NCBI GenBank assembly: GCA_013285585.1
Contig: JABDHH010000001.1
Coordinates: forward strand, 6,400-70,399
DNA: 64,000 bases
Source: Chlamydiota bacterium
GTDB taxonomy: Bacteria > Chlamydiota > Chlamydiia > Chlamydiales > SM23-39
Reading direction: 5' to 3'
The stretch's first letter is position 1; every line of letters starts with the position of its first letter. The notes beneath the pieces were generated by a model, which was not told where the DNA came from, made no database searches, and saw nothing but the letters and a program-made list of their open reading frames with translations. A program made the translations under genes and the position numbers. Positions 9,760-18,427 of this stretch are shown here, piece after piece.

Positions 9760-11008
9760 TCGAAAGCTTTCCCTATATTTTTGGATCGGCTGCCTGGCGC
9801 TCGCTCTTATTGGACTCCTCTATTGGCTGGTCTTTTGGAAGGATATCGCTTGGACCGATGACGCCTATGTAGAGGGAAACCAGGTCTATCTGACGCCTCT
9901 CCATTCTGGATTTGTAACGGCGATCCATACCGACGACACCTATCTTGTCAAAGAAAATCAGGTGCTGGTTGAACTGGACCGGACCGATGCCTTGATTGCC
10001 TTCGACAAAGCAAAAGAAGATTTAGCGCAAACGGTCAGAACGACCTGCGAGATGTTCCATGAGGTGTTCGCCTACCGCTCTCAGATCGAAGCAACTAAAG
10101 CGAAATTCATCCGCGACGCTCAAGATTTCGAGCACCGGCTCCGCGTCCTTTCCGCTCAAGCCGTTTCTCTTGAGGACTATGAGCATGCCGTTGCTGCCCT
10201 GAGAGAAAGCTTTCATCAATTGCAAAATATCCAGTCGCTTTACAAAAAGGCTCTTGCTCTTGTCCAAAACACTACGATCCGCAGCCATCCGCTCGTCAAA
10301 GGGGCGGCGGATCGATTCCGGGATGCGTGGGTCTATCTTCGCCGCTGCAACCTCTACGCCCCTACCGCGGGAATCGCCGCGCAAAGAGGGATCCAGGTGG
10401 GGATGTGGGTCAAAGAAGGGACTCCTCTCATGAGCGTCGTGCCCATGGACCAAATCTGGATCAACGCCAATTTTAAAGAAACGCAGATGAAGCGGATGCG
10501 GATCGGCCAAAGGGCGAAAATCACGGTAGATCTCTACGGGAAAGGGGTCGTATTCCACGGAAAAATCGTCGGTCTTCCCGCTGTCGCAGGCAATGTCACA
10601 AGCTTGCTGCCGCCGCAAAATCTCTCCGGAAATTGGATTAAGATCGTACAGCGTCTGCCGGTGAGGATCGAACTCGACCCTGATGAGCTTAAAGCCCATC
10701 CCTTGCGGCTCGGCCTCTCGTCTGAAGCGACGATCGATCTGACCAACGACACTGGATCCTATCTGCCAAACAGCACGAAAGGCTCGCCACACTACTGCAC
10801 AAAAATTTATCAGGATGAAGAGGAAGGAGATAGACTGAGCATCGAAGAAATCATTTCGGCAAACCTCGATCCGAACTTACACAAATTTAGCTCCCATCCG
10901 CTCCTTCTTCCGCAAATCCGTATGACCATCCCCTTGCTGATCCAAGAGGCTCTCTCCCAAAATGCTGCAAATCCGTTTGCGCCTCCGATCCCAAAGGAGC
11001 CTGATTGA
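9749..11008 (+). CDS. HlyD/EmrA-family membrane fusion protein
   Basis: 419 aa with an N-terminal TM anchor, a coiled-coil hairpin and a beta-barrel region (YAPTAGIAAQRGIQVGMWV ...). Overlaps both neighbours. Confidence 0.85.
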   Translation: MKSSRKLSLYFWIGCLALALIGLLYWLVFWKDIAWTDDAYVEGNQVYLTPLHSGFVTAIHTDDTYLVKENQVLVELDRTDALIAFDKAKEDLAQTVRTTCEMFHEVFAYRSQIEATKAKFIRDAQDFEHRLRVLSAQAVSLEDYEHAVAALRESFHQLQNIQSLYKKALALVQNTTIRSHPLVKGAADRFRDAWVYLRRCNLYAPTAGIAAQRGIQVGMWVKEGTPLMSVVPMDQIWINANFKETQMKRMRIGQRAKITVDLYGKGVVFHGKIVGLPAVAGNVTSLLPPQNLSGNWIKIVQRLPVRIELDPDELKAHPLRLGLSSEATIDLTNDTGSYLPNSTKGSPHYCTKIYQDEEEGDRLSIEEIISANLDPNLHKFSSHPLLLPQIRMTIPLLIQEALSQNAANPFAPPIPKEPD

Positions 11009-12537
11009 CCCGGCCCCTCATCATCACTCTTTTCATGACTCTCTTTTTGATCGTCCTGAATTTTACCATCACTGCCATCGCCTCGCCGTACATTGTAGGG
11101 GACCTTGGCGGCGACCGCTACATCGCAGTCTACGGCCTTTCTTTCTACGGCTTTGGCGCTGCGATTACGATCCCGTTGGCCAAACCTCTTGGAGCCCGTT
11201 TCAAGGCGAAACAACTATTTCTCTATTGCATGGCCTCATTTGCATTGACGACTCTTTTCTCTGGACTTGCCCCCACCTATTTCATCTTTGTGGCATGCCG
11301 ACTGTTTATGGGAATGGCATCAGGTCCATTTTATGCTCTTTTGTCTCATTCGTTTTCTTGCTTAGTTCCCGAGGATAAGAAGATCGTTGCCGCATGGATG
11401 TTCATGACGATCCTCGTTGTGGTTCCGGTCATTGGAGCCTCCTATGGAGGAACGGTCGCTTATCTTTATCATTGGCGCGCTGCCTTTTTGGGAAGCGCCT
11501 TTATTGCAACTCTTTTGATTTTTCCTCTATCGGCGTATTTAAAAAAAGTCAAAATCCCTCCACTAGCGGCAGGGTTTGATTGGATCGGTTGGGGGTTTTA
11601 TGCTGTAGGGATTTTTTGCATTGCGTTTGCCTTGACCGCTGCCCAGCAGCTCGACTGGTACCGCTCTCCCATCCTTCTCGCAGCCATCCTTCTAGGTATT
11701 CCCTGTATAGGGTATTTCTTGCTGAGAAGTTTCAACCATGAGACGCCGGCGATCGACCTTCGCCTTTTTGCAAGCCCGGTATTTGCCTTGGCAATGCTTT
11801 GTCTTTCTCTTCTTTTCGGAGTCTATTTTGGGAGCATTGTTTTGCTCTCGATTTGGCTGACCTTGGATGCGCAGTTCACTCCTATTTGGATCGGGATGCT
11901 CATTGGATCGATGGGAATCGCAGGGCTTTTCCCTCGCTTCATCATCGAAAAAAGGCTCGGCAAGATCCATCCTTTGATTTTCATCGCAATCGCTACCCTT
12001 CTTTTAGGATTCTCCTGTTTTTACACAACCCAATTCGATAGCGATATTAATTTTAGCCGCATCGCTTTTTCAAGAATCCTTGCGGGTTTTGGCCTTGCCC
12101 TATTCCTCCCTTCGATTTTTACAATGATCTCGGAGAGCACCGGTCCTGATGCATGGATCGACGCCTTCGATATTTTCCAAGTCCTTCGCAGTCTATCGTC
12201 TGCACTTGGAGTCGCGTTTTTTACGATCGCATGGCAAAGGCGGTCGGTCTTTTATCATGAAAGACTCGGAGAAAATCTCAATGCGAAATCGGTAGCGGCA
12301 CAAACTTTTTTCAATCAAGTCGAAACCCTCCATGTTCCGGGAGATCCTTTGGCGCAGCTGAATGATTATCTCGATCGGCGTTCATCATCCCTTGCCCTCG
12401 ATGACATCTTTTACCTCATGGGCTGGATTTTAGCGGGGCTTTTCGTTCTCATTTGTTTTATTTTGATCGCTAAGAGATTGTTTACGAAACATGAATCAAA
12501 AACAGACCACCAACAAAATCCAAGAAAAGCACAATGA
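11005..12537 (+). CDS. MFS drug efflux transporter, EmrB-like (DHA2)
   Basis: 510 aa, about 14 TMS, N-terminal region ...NFTITAIASPYIVGDLGG typical of EmrB. TTG start overlaps the MFP stop. Confidence 0.8.
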   Translation: MTRPLIITLFMTLFLIVLNFTITAIASPYIVGDLGGDRYIAVYGLSFYGFGAAITIPLAKPLGARFKAKQLFLYCMASFALTTLFSGLAPTYFIFVACRLFMGMASGPFYALLSHSFSCLVPEDKKIVAAWMFMTILVVVPVIGASYGGTVAYLYHWRAAFLGSAFIATLLIFPLSAYLKKVKIPPLAAGFDWIGWGFYAVGIFCIAFALTAAQQLDWYRSPILLAAILLGIPCIGYFLLRSFNHETPAIDLRLFASPVFALAMLCLSLLFGVYFGSIVLLSIWLTLDAQFTPIWIGMLIGSMGIAGLFPRFIIEKRLGKIHPLIFIAIATLLLGFSCFYTTQFDSDINFSRIAFSRILAGFGLALFLPSIFTMISESTGPDAWIDAFDIFQVLRSLSSALGVAFFTIAWQRRSVFYHERLGENLNAKSVAAQTFFNQVETLHVPGDPLAQLNDYLDRRSSSLALDDIFYLMGWILAGLFVLICFILIAKRLFTKHESKTDHQQNPRKAQ

Positions 12538-12619
12538 TGTTGCGACTTGTAGTATTTTAGAAATTTTTATCGATGAGATGGAAAGAAGAATTTGGTTTCT
12601 TTTTGAAATACTGGGCTAA

Positions 12620-12663
12620 GGGACTGTTAAACAATAAAGTGTACTTTATTGTTTAACAGTCCC
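12620..12663. mobile_element. minimal (solo-TIR) copy of the GGGACTG-type MITE
   Basis: GGGACTGTTAAACAATAAAG (12620-12639) and its exact reverse complement (12644-12663), separated by 4 nt. TAA on both flanks. The same TIRs bound the 173-bp element at 42547-42719. Confidence 0.75.
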
Positions 12664-12877
12664 TAAGTGATTCTTTCTCATTCCTTCTTGTTTACTGGGA
12701 TAATCCCTTTTTGTGTCGCTTCTCGTAGCTTATCAACAACTTCCGAATACCAAAAAACTATCATTTCTAAAAAACTGAAAGCAGACCACAATCATCGCAA
12801 ATAACAAAACATTTGATTTAATTTAAACACAAAATATATTATAATATACATTATAATTAATAAAAAATAGGATTAAA

Positions 12878-13732
12878 ATGCATATCAATTCTTTAATAAA
12901 TATTGGGATTGGAGGCTGTCTTACAGGAATGGGAGCCTCGGTGCTAGGAGTGAATCCCCTATCGCTTCAATTTATCGCGCTTATATTTACAGGCCAAGGA
13001 CTCGCGTGGATGCCCGATCTAGCCAAAAAAATGAGAACAACTCTTACGAATCGTGTATCAGCGACAACATTCCATACTTCTTCGAAATTGACACCACATG
13101 ACAATCCTGTGGAACTGGAAGAAAAAGAACACTCGTATGAAGACTCGATCTCTGATGATAACCCTCTTATCCAAAGAATCCAATGCGTAGAGCGCCAGAT
13201 CTTAGAGGGGATAAAAATACTCAATATCGATAAACCATTCTCTGTAATATGTGACATGAATGCCAAGGCTTTGTCGCCAAGTGTTAAGAAGAAAGGAGGA
13301 GGATTCGAAATCAAAATCCCCTTGTTATTTCTTTTAAAACCAGAAGATTTGGACCCGTCTTCGTCATGCCATTACTTAGTAAAAAATCTTAATTCTGAAT
13401 CTGCGCAATATTTGAAATTATTTAAAATCTTCTGGCAAAATACAAAATTAGCGAATCAGGCAAAGCGTTTTGTCTTATTTCATGAGCTTGCGCATGTAGC
13501 TTGCGGACATATCCAGACCCCACCTCACAATATGAGAGAATCGCGCAGACGTGAAAAGGAAGCCGATCTTGTAGCTGCTGCAGCTTCGGGAGCGGCGGAC
13601 GGAGGGGCTTATCTTTTCGACTTAACGGCTCTATACGCTCCCACGAACTTACAGACTCATCCACCAGATCGAGAGAGGGCCAATTATCTAAAAGAAATAA
13701 GTATCGGATACTATCCCTACACCATGTCATGA
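12878..13732 (+). CDS. M48-like zinc metalloprotease-domain protein with N-terminal bilobed hydrophobic (Inc-like) segment
   Basis: 284 aa. HExxH (FHELAHVACGH), ExxAD third-ligand region (RREKEADLV) and THPPDRERANYL, all typical of the M48/HtpX family. N-terminus has two adjacent hydrophobic lobes (INIGIGGCLTGMGASVLGV / LSLQFIALIFTGQGLAWM). Confidence 0.6.
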   Translation: MHINSLINIGIGGCLTGMGASVLGVNPLSLQFIALIFTGQGLAWMPDLAKKMRTTLTNRVSATTFHTSSKLTPHDNPVELEEKEHSYEDSISDDNPLIQRIQCVERQILEGIKILNIDKPFSVICDMNAKALSPSVKKKGGGFEIKIPLLFLLKPEDLDPSSSCHYLVKNLNSESAQYLKLFKIFWQNTKLANQAKRFVLFHELAHVACGHIQTPPHNMRESRRREKEADLVAAAASGAADGGAYLFDLTALYAPTNLQTHPPDRERANYLKEISIGYYPYTMS

Positions 13733-13733
13733 A

Positions 13734-13870
13734 TTAGTAAAAAATCTCGATCATAAATTTCTGAAATATTTGCCATTTATTAAAGCTTTCTGGGAAAACA
13801 AAAAATTAGCGAATCAGGCAAATCGACTTGTCTTATTCCAGACAGAAGCTCACAATGTTTTGAATTCGAA
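13734..13870 (+). pseudogene. degenerate partial duplicate of the preceding M48-like gene (motif region only)
   Basis: About 125 nt align with 13374-13500. The translated remnant ...FIKAFWENKKLANQANRLVLFQTEAHNV matches ...LFKIFWQNTKLANQAKRFVLFHELAHV, with HELAH degraded to QTEAH. Confidence 0.6.
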
Positions 13871-13923
13871 AAGCGGACAAAATCATCCTGAAATGCGACG
13901 AACTGCCAGTTTGAGGACAGGTT

Positions 13924-14835
13924 CTAAGAGAACCTGCGTTCGCGGATCCATTTAGTCGCGATCCACTTTTCTCCTTCAAGGACAGGATTGCCAGCGTGGA
14001 GGGTCAATGGATCTTCCTGACCGCTTGGCAGGACATTATAAAAGAAAACCGCGTCGCCTTTTGTTGCAGTGACTTTGATCGACGTTTTCGTATTCGGAAA
14101 GCTCGTCTCTCCCCCTTGAGGCGGCGTATTGAGATACATGATTACGGTTGCTACCCGTTGCCCTCCACGACTCAAGGACGCTGCGCCTCCTGGCGAATTC
14201 GCATCAAAATAATCGTGATGTGGCCGGTATTCGCCTTTTAAGGGATACTGAAGGACGTGAAGCGATTCTCCGTTTTCAATCGGCATCCCTGTAACCGCCG
14301 CGATCAGTTCTTCGATCTTGCTCACCTTGTTATCCCTATCTTTCTCTTGCAGGAAATAGCCATTGCTTGTCCGCACGGGGGACGATATTGCATTCCCGTT
14401 CTGATCATCATTATTGACCACCATCGAGGGGGTCAGACGGTCTTTCGCAAGCTCGATCAGGTGGTCGCATTCTTCATTTGAAAGGAAATTCGGCAGGCGA
14501 TAGATCCGTGGCTTAGCGCTCAATGTTTGCATTTCGATATCACCATACACCGTCGATATCGTTGATGAAGTAGGCGGAGGGGATGGAGAGGGGAACAGGC
14601 TGATCCCGAGAAGAGCCATAGCTCCTAGTCCGGTTATGGCAAGAGCTGCATAACAAGCCGGTTTTACCCACGGCGGGCGAAGATTTCTTTTTGAGGAAAG
14701 ATCATTTACTCGAGCATCCAAATTAGTTAAATCTCTCGAGCTATGATGACGCGCTTTAGCTTTATCCGATGGTTCGTTTCCTCGAACCGGCAGAGGGCTT
14801 TCGTAACCTTGAACTAGACTCGTTTTCATTGACAA
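13924..14835 (-). CDS. prolyl 4-hydroxylase-like Fe(II)/2OG oxygenase (P4Hc) with N-terminal TM anchor
   Basis: 303 aa. HHDYFD (HxD), GGQRVATVIMYLN, GGETSFP, LHAGNPV (distal His), KWIATKW. N-terminal ~60-aa tail, then TM ACYAALAITGLGAMALLGISLF and a Pro/Ser linker. Confidence 0.85.
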   Translation of the reverse strand: MSMKTSLVQGYESPLPVRGNEPSDKAKARHHSSRDLTNLDARVNDLSSKRNLRPPWVKPACYAALAITGLGAMALLGISLFPSPSPPPTSSTISTVYGDIEMQTLSAKPRIYRLPNFLSNEECDHLIELAKDRLTPSMVVNNDDQNGNAISSPVRTSNGYFLQEKDRDNKVSKIEELIAAVTGMPIENGESLHVLQYPLKGEYRPHHDYFDANSPGGAASLSRGGQRVATVIMYLNTPPQGGETSFPNTKTSIKVTATKGDAVFFYNVLPSGQEDPLTLHAGNPVLEGEKWIATKWIRERRFS

Positions 14836-14928
14836 ACATCTTTTTAAATACCTAAAAAATTATAACAAAACAGAGGAAAACTGTAAATATAAAATAATTT
14901 ATTTATATTTATAGAAATCAATTATTTC

Positions 14929-15144
14929 CTATTCATCTTGAATTAGAAAGCTTACAGAAAATGATTCCAGAAAGACCCTGTCCTTACAACAAGGATCTTT
15001 TAAATCTTCCGGTTCCTTGTACTGGTTATAGTCCACAAGAATTTCTTCCCCAGCTTCGATCTTTCGAATCGTGTAAAGATTACCATCTGCTCTTCTTTCC
15101 ACATTTGGATTATTAGAATGGTTTAAATACCAGCCTATTTCCAT
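14929..15144 (-). pseudogene. C-terminal half of a SET-domain (lysine methyltransferase-like) gene, N-terminal half missing
   Basis: The 71-aa ORF contains LNHSNNPNV (NHSxxPN) and IEAGEEILVDYN (GEELtxDY), both SET core motifs. Only 34 nt separate it from the upstream GT stop codon, so no room remains for the N-terminal SET half. Confidence 0.55.
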
Positions 15145-15178
15145 GTGATCGAATTATTGAGGACTTAAACATTCATTA

Positions 15179-16465
15179 TCAATGTGTTTGATCAGTTAAA
15201 TCACGAGAGTCAGCATAATTTTCGCAATATTGATGCAACAACTCAATAACCCGTTCTACCCCATTTTCTCGTTGTATTTCTTGGGAAAGCCGATTTGCTT
15301 GAATTTGATAAGAGGGAGTTTTTAACAATTGCTCTAATGACTTTTGAAATGTCTCATGTGTGAAACTTGTTGAAGGCAGTGAAACTGGCCCAGCACCATG
15401 CTGATGAACTCTATCTCCCCAATGAAATTGGTCACAGATAAAAGGAACAACTAGAGTCGGTTTCCCTGCAAGAAGGCTTGCGTGCGTAGTTCCAGCTCCC
15501 CCATGATGCACAATGGCAGCAACTCTGGGAAAAAGCCAGTCATGAGGAGCAGATTCAATCCATAATACGTGGGAAGGCAGTTGATCTTTTTTAATGTGAA
15601 GAAATGGCCCACAGAGAATAGTACGAATGGGCAGTTTGTGCAGCGTATTGAGAATAGCAGCGCTCATTTTTTCATCACATTTTTTTGTCAAGCTGCCAAA
15701 TCCAATATAAACAGGAGGAGCCCCGGCATTAATAAATTGTTGTAGGGATGTAGGAGGAACCCATCCAGCTTCATCGCGGAGTTCCATAAAACCCGCAACA
15801 TGAACATTTTTTGGCCAATCAGGAGCAGGAGGGACAAGAGCTTTACTTGCAGCAATGACTTTGGGCACAGCCTGAAATGGCTGATGCGAAAGGGGCGCAA
15901 AAAACCCTAGCTTTTTCAATCCAAGATCTTTGGTTCTCGTTTCATTGATGATTTTTCGGAAAGGCGCCCAAAAAAGCTGAGCGCCGATGAAATGACTCGC
16001 TCGATTTGCCCATTGCTGCAAAGGCATGCGAGGAGGAAATATACAACAAGCATAATAACGCGTGGGAATATCAGGTGTCGTATAAACCTTAATACTTGGA
16101 ATTTTCAACGCTTCTATCACATGCTCGGCTGTAAATACAACCGGATGGTACACCACTGCATCCACGTTCTTGAGAAGATTTTGTAGGCTTTCAAATTGTT
16201 TGCGAGCAGATTCATGAACAAGTTGAATCATATTTCGTACAATCTGGACTTTTCCAATGCCAGAGTGTTCTGTACCTGCATTTAGGCAGTCTTCTAAATT
16301 TCCAGGCAATGGAACAAACTTAAGACTCTTTTGCGCAAAGAACTTTTTATTCGATTCGTTGGTCGCAATAAAAACATCATGCCCCTTAGTTTGTAACGCC
16401 AAGCCTAAGGCCAAAAAGGGACGAACATCTCCTTGAGAACCTTGCGTCAAAATCCCAATTCGCAT
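15179..16465 (-). CDS. GT1-family glycosyltransferase (sterol/macrolide UDP-glucosyltransferase-like)
   Basis: MRIGILTQGSQGDVRPFLALGLALQTKGHDV (GT28 N-terminal type) and HHGGAGTTHASLLAGKPTLVVPFICDQFHWG (UDPGT signature). ATG at 16465 preferred over the ORF start at 16501. Confidence 0.8.
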   Translation of the reverse strand: MRIGILTQGSQGDVRPFLALGLALQTKGHDVFIATNESNKKFFAQKSLKFVPLPGNLEDCLNAGTEHSGIGKVQIVRNMIQLVHESARKQFESLQNLLKNVDAVVYHPVVFTAEHVIEALKIPSIKVYTTPDIPTRYYACCIFPPRMPLQQWANRASHFIGAQLFWAPFRKIINETRTKDLGLKKLGFFAPLSHQPFQAVPKVIAASKALVPPAPDWPKNVHVAGFMELRDEAGWVPPTSLQQFINAGAPPVYIGFGSLTKKCDEKMSAAILNTLHKLPIRTILCGPFLHIKKDQLPSHVLWIESAPHDWLFPRVAAIVHHGGAGTTHASLLAGKPTLVVPFICDQFHWGDRVHQHGAGPVSLPSTSFTHETFQKSLEQLLKTPSYQIQANRLSQEIQRENGVERVIELLHQYCENYADSRDLTDQTH

Positions 16466-16502
16466 CTTTCGTAAACCTATGGTTTTTGAGAGCGGAAACA
16501 AA

Positions 16503-16548
16503 CTCCGGGTGTAAGATTCGAATTTACGACCAATGGATTAACAGTCCA
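16503..16548 (-). repeat. partial tRNA-Asn 3' half (att-like direct repeat, copy 1, distal array boundary)
   Basis: 46 nt matching 32406-32451 of the intact tRNA with 1 mismatch (aatttac versus aacttac). Confidence 0.9.
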
Positions 16549-16700
16549 TCCCCGGTATAACTCTGAACGCAAGCGATTTAACCAGAACAGCATTTTCATA
16601 GGCAAGGAGATTAAGCATTTGTTCAGATTGATGCTGGAGCCCTCCACTCCGTTCAGGTCACTTGCGGAAAAATTGCGGAAAAATTAGTGACTATGGAATA
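16549..16700. repeat. type-A islet arm (conserved non-coding end with tandem TTGCGGAAAAA x2)
   Basis: Homologous to 26795-26940 (CCGGTATAACTCTGAACGC.AGCGATTTAACCAGAAC ... GTTCAGAT ... TTCAGGTCA.TTGCG). Exact tandem 11-mers at 16662-16683. Confidence 0.7.
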
Positions 16701-16784
16701 CCTAGGGCCTTCCAGCAATATCTTACCGGTGCTTTACGGCTTCGCCTATACCAGAAGCTCACCGCCCAACCCCTTCTACATCAG

Positions 16785-17267
16785 TCACCATACCAGCCCT
16801 ATAATGGAATCTTTTGAAATTGGTCCGAAAGTACGACTATCATCATGCTGTGCAGCAAGGTTATCGGAGAGCACGAAAACATGAGCCTTGGGCACTTGGA
16901 GCAGATGATCAATAGCGTAGGTTCCGTGTTTCCAATTAGGCCAACTCCGAAGAATTCTGCCATCCCGACAAGCGACTCCATTTACGATTACTTCGCCTTC
17001 GATAATTTGAATCGTATCAGCCTCTAATGCGACGATGCGCGATACCCATCCTTTCCCCTCGTGGTTGAATGCAATAATATCTCCTATCCGATACTGCCGT
17101 AGATATGGAGATATGTGATTCACAAAAATATGACTCCCATCCTTGATCGCCGGTTCCATGCAATCGCCTGGAACGTTATAGGGATGAGCAAATGCCCATG
17201 TAACAATGGTCAATGCAAAAATAGCTAAAAAGATTTTCTTGTAATTACCTTTCATTTTTATAATCAT
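16785..17267 (-). CDS. S26 (signal peptidase I)-like protein with non-canonical catalytic positions
   Basis: 160 aa with a signal/anchor segment. Box B is GDCMEPAI (Cys where the nucleophile Ser is expected), box D is WVSRIVALEADTI (Ser where the general-base Lys is expected), box E is SDNLAAQHDDSRTFGPI. Confidence 0.65.
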   Translation of the reverse strand: MIIKMKGNYKKIFLAIFALTIVTWAFAHPYNVPGDCMEPAIKDGSHIFVNHISPYLRQYRIGDIIAFNHEGKGWVSRIVALEADTIQIIEGEVIVNGVACRDGRILRSWPNWKHGTYAIDHLLQVPKAHVFVLSDNLAAQHDDSRTFGPISKDSIIGLVW

Positions 17268-18427
17268 ATACTTCTGTCTCTTTAGGAGTCATTTGATGAT
17301 CCTTCTGTAAAATCTGCAACTTTAACCATTCAAAAGATTTGTCAATGACATCCTGCCTTTTTCTGATATAATGATCCATTCCATCCACGCGAAAATAAGT
17401 AATCGGAGCTCCTGCATCTAAAGCTTTTTGGACGAATTGATCGGAAGACTCTATGATGCTGTCTTCCGCGCCTGCCACCACTAAGAAAGGAGTTTTGATC
17501 TTGGCATAGTCAACAGAAGGCTTTTCGAAAGCATCGGCATGATAGAGATAGGTCATTCCGCCCATCCATAAATCAGGGGTTGGATTAAGTATGATCTCTT
17601 GTACAAGAGCATCGAACTCGAGACGCGTAGGAGGTATGTCCGAAGAAAATGGCACCCATCTTGGTATGGAATCATAGAGTCTTATCCAGAATGAATTTTT
17701 CTTCCAGTGTTCAAAAAACTGCCAGAGCTCGTCTGCCCAGCTCCAATCGCCTGCTCCTGACCAATTGATAGTTGCTATAGTATTAGGGCAAATGATCGAC
17801 AAATCCGTCACAAGCGGTCCGCCTTCCGAAACTCCTGCAAAAATAAATTGGCCATTCCATCCAGCGGGAGGATATTTTTCCAAATGGCGAATCACCTGCA
17901 AGTGGTCTTTAAGACGTTGAGAGCGAGTGTATCGGTTCCAAAATTCCGATTTATACCAAATATCAGAAATAACGTTGGGTTTGGCTACGTCAGCTCTGCA
18001 ACAAATTTTTCGTCTTCACTCGTGCCTTGCCATGCTGGCAATGGTCACTCGTTCCAGACAAAAAATTTGTGCAGCTTCCTTGCCAAACCCAACGTTATTT
18101 CTGATATTTGGTATTATTGATCTCATTGCCGTCTATACCGCATTTTTCAATCGCTAGATATCCGATATCTAAAGAACGGATGCGTTCTGCAAAGAAATCT
18201 CTGACGAAGAAGATGCTCCTTTCGCTTCTTTTGCTTTCTGAACCGTCGCATATAATGAAGATGGGATACGTTGTTTCAGAGGCATCCGGTGATGAAAAAT
18301 AATAGACGATGGGAGAAGGACTTTCTTCTCTGTCTAAAGTAAACCGGATCGATGGAGGGATATCGTATTCTGCGGCATTTACCTGAAGAGATAGGGAAAT
18401 TACAACAACAGTAGTCAGATATCTCAT
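17245..18427 (-). pseudogene. alpha/beta-hydrolase gene interrupted by a 160-bp MITE
   Basis: The N-terminal ORF (signal peptide MRYLTTVVVISLSLQVNA) and the C-terminal ORF (nucleophile elbow GVSEGG) are in different frames. Removing 17954-18116 joins them in frame (...DGNEINKSEFWNRYTRSQRLKDHLQVIRHLEKY...) with no stop, giving 340 codons. Confidence 0.8.
17954..18113. mobile_element. MITE with perfect 32-bp terminal inverted repeats and TTA target-site duplication
   Basis: TACCAAATATCAGAAATAACGTTGGGTTTGGC at 17954-17985 is the exact reverse complement of 18082-18113. TTA at 17951-17953 and at 18114-18116. No coding capacity. Confidence 0.85.

Noticed and set aside
10022-10792. 256-aa ORF antisense to the HlyD/EmrA gene
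   Set aside because: It lies entirely inside a well-supported MFP gene on the other strand. It is Arg/Pro/Ser-rich and low in complexity, with no motif. This is a typical shadow ORF.
16549-16600. Possibility that partial tRNA copy plus type-A flank forms a second (chimeric) tRNA gene
   Set aside because: The flank replacing the 5' half has no D-arm (no TAGCTCAGTGG-like sequence) and cannot pair with the acceptor 3' strand.
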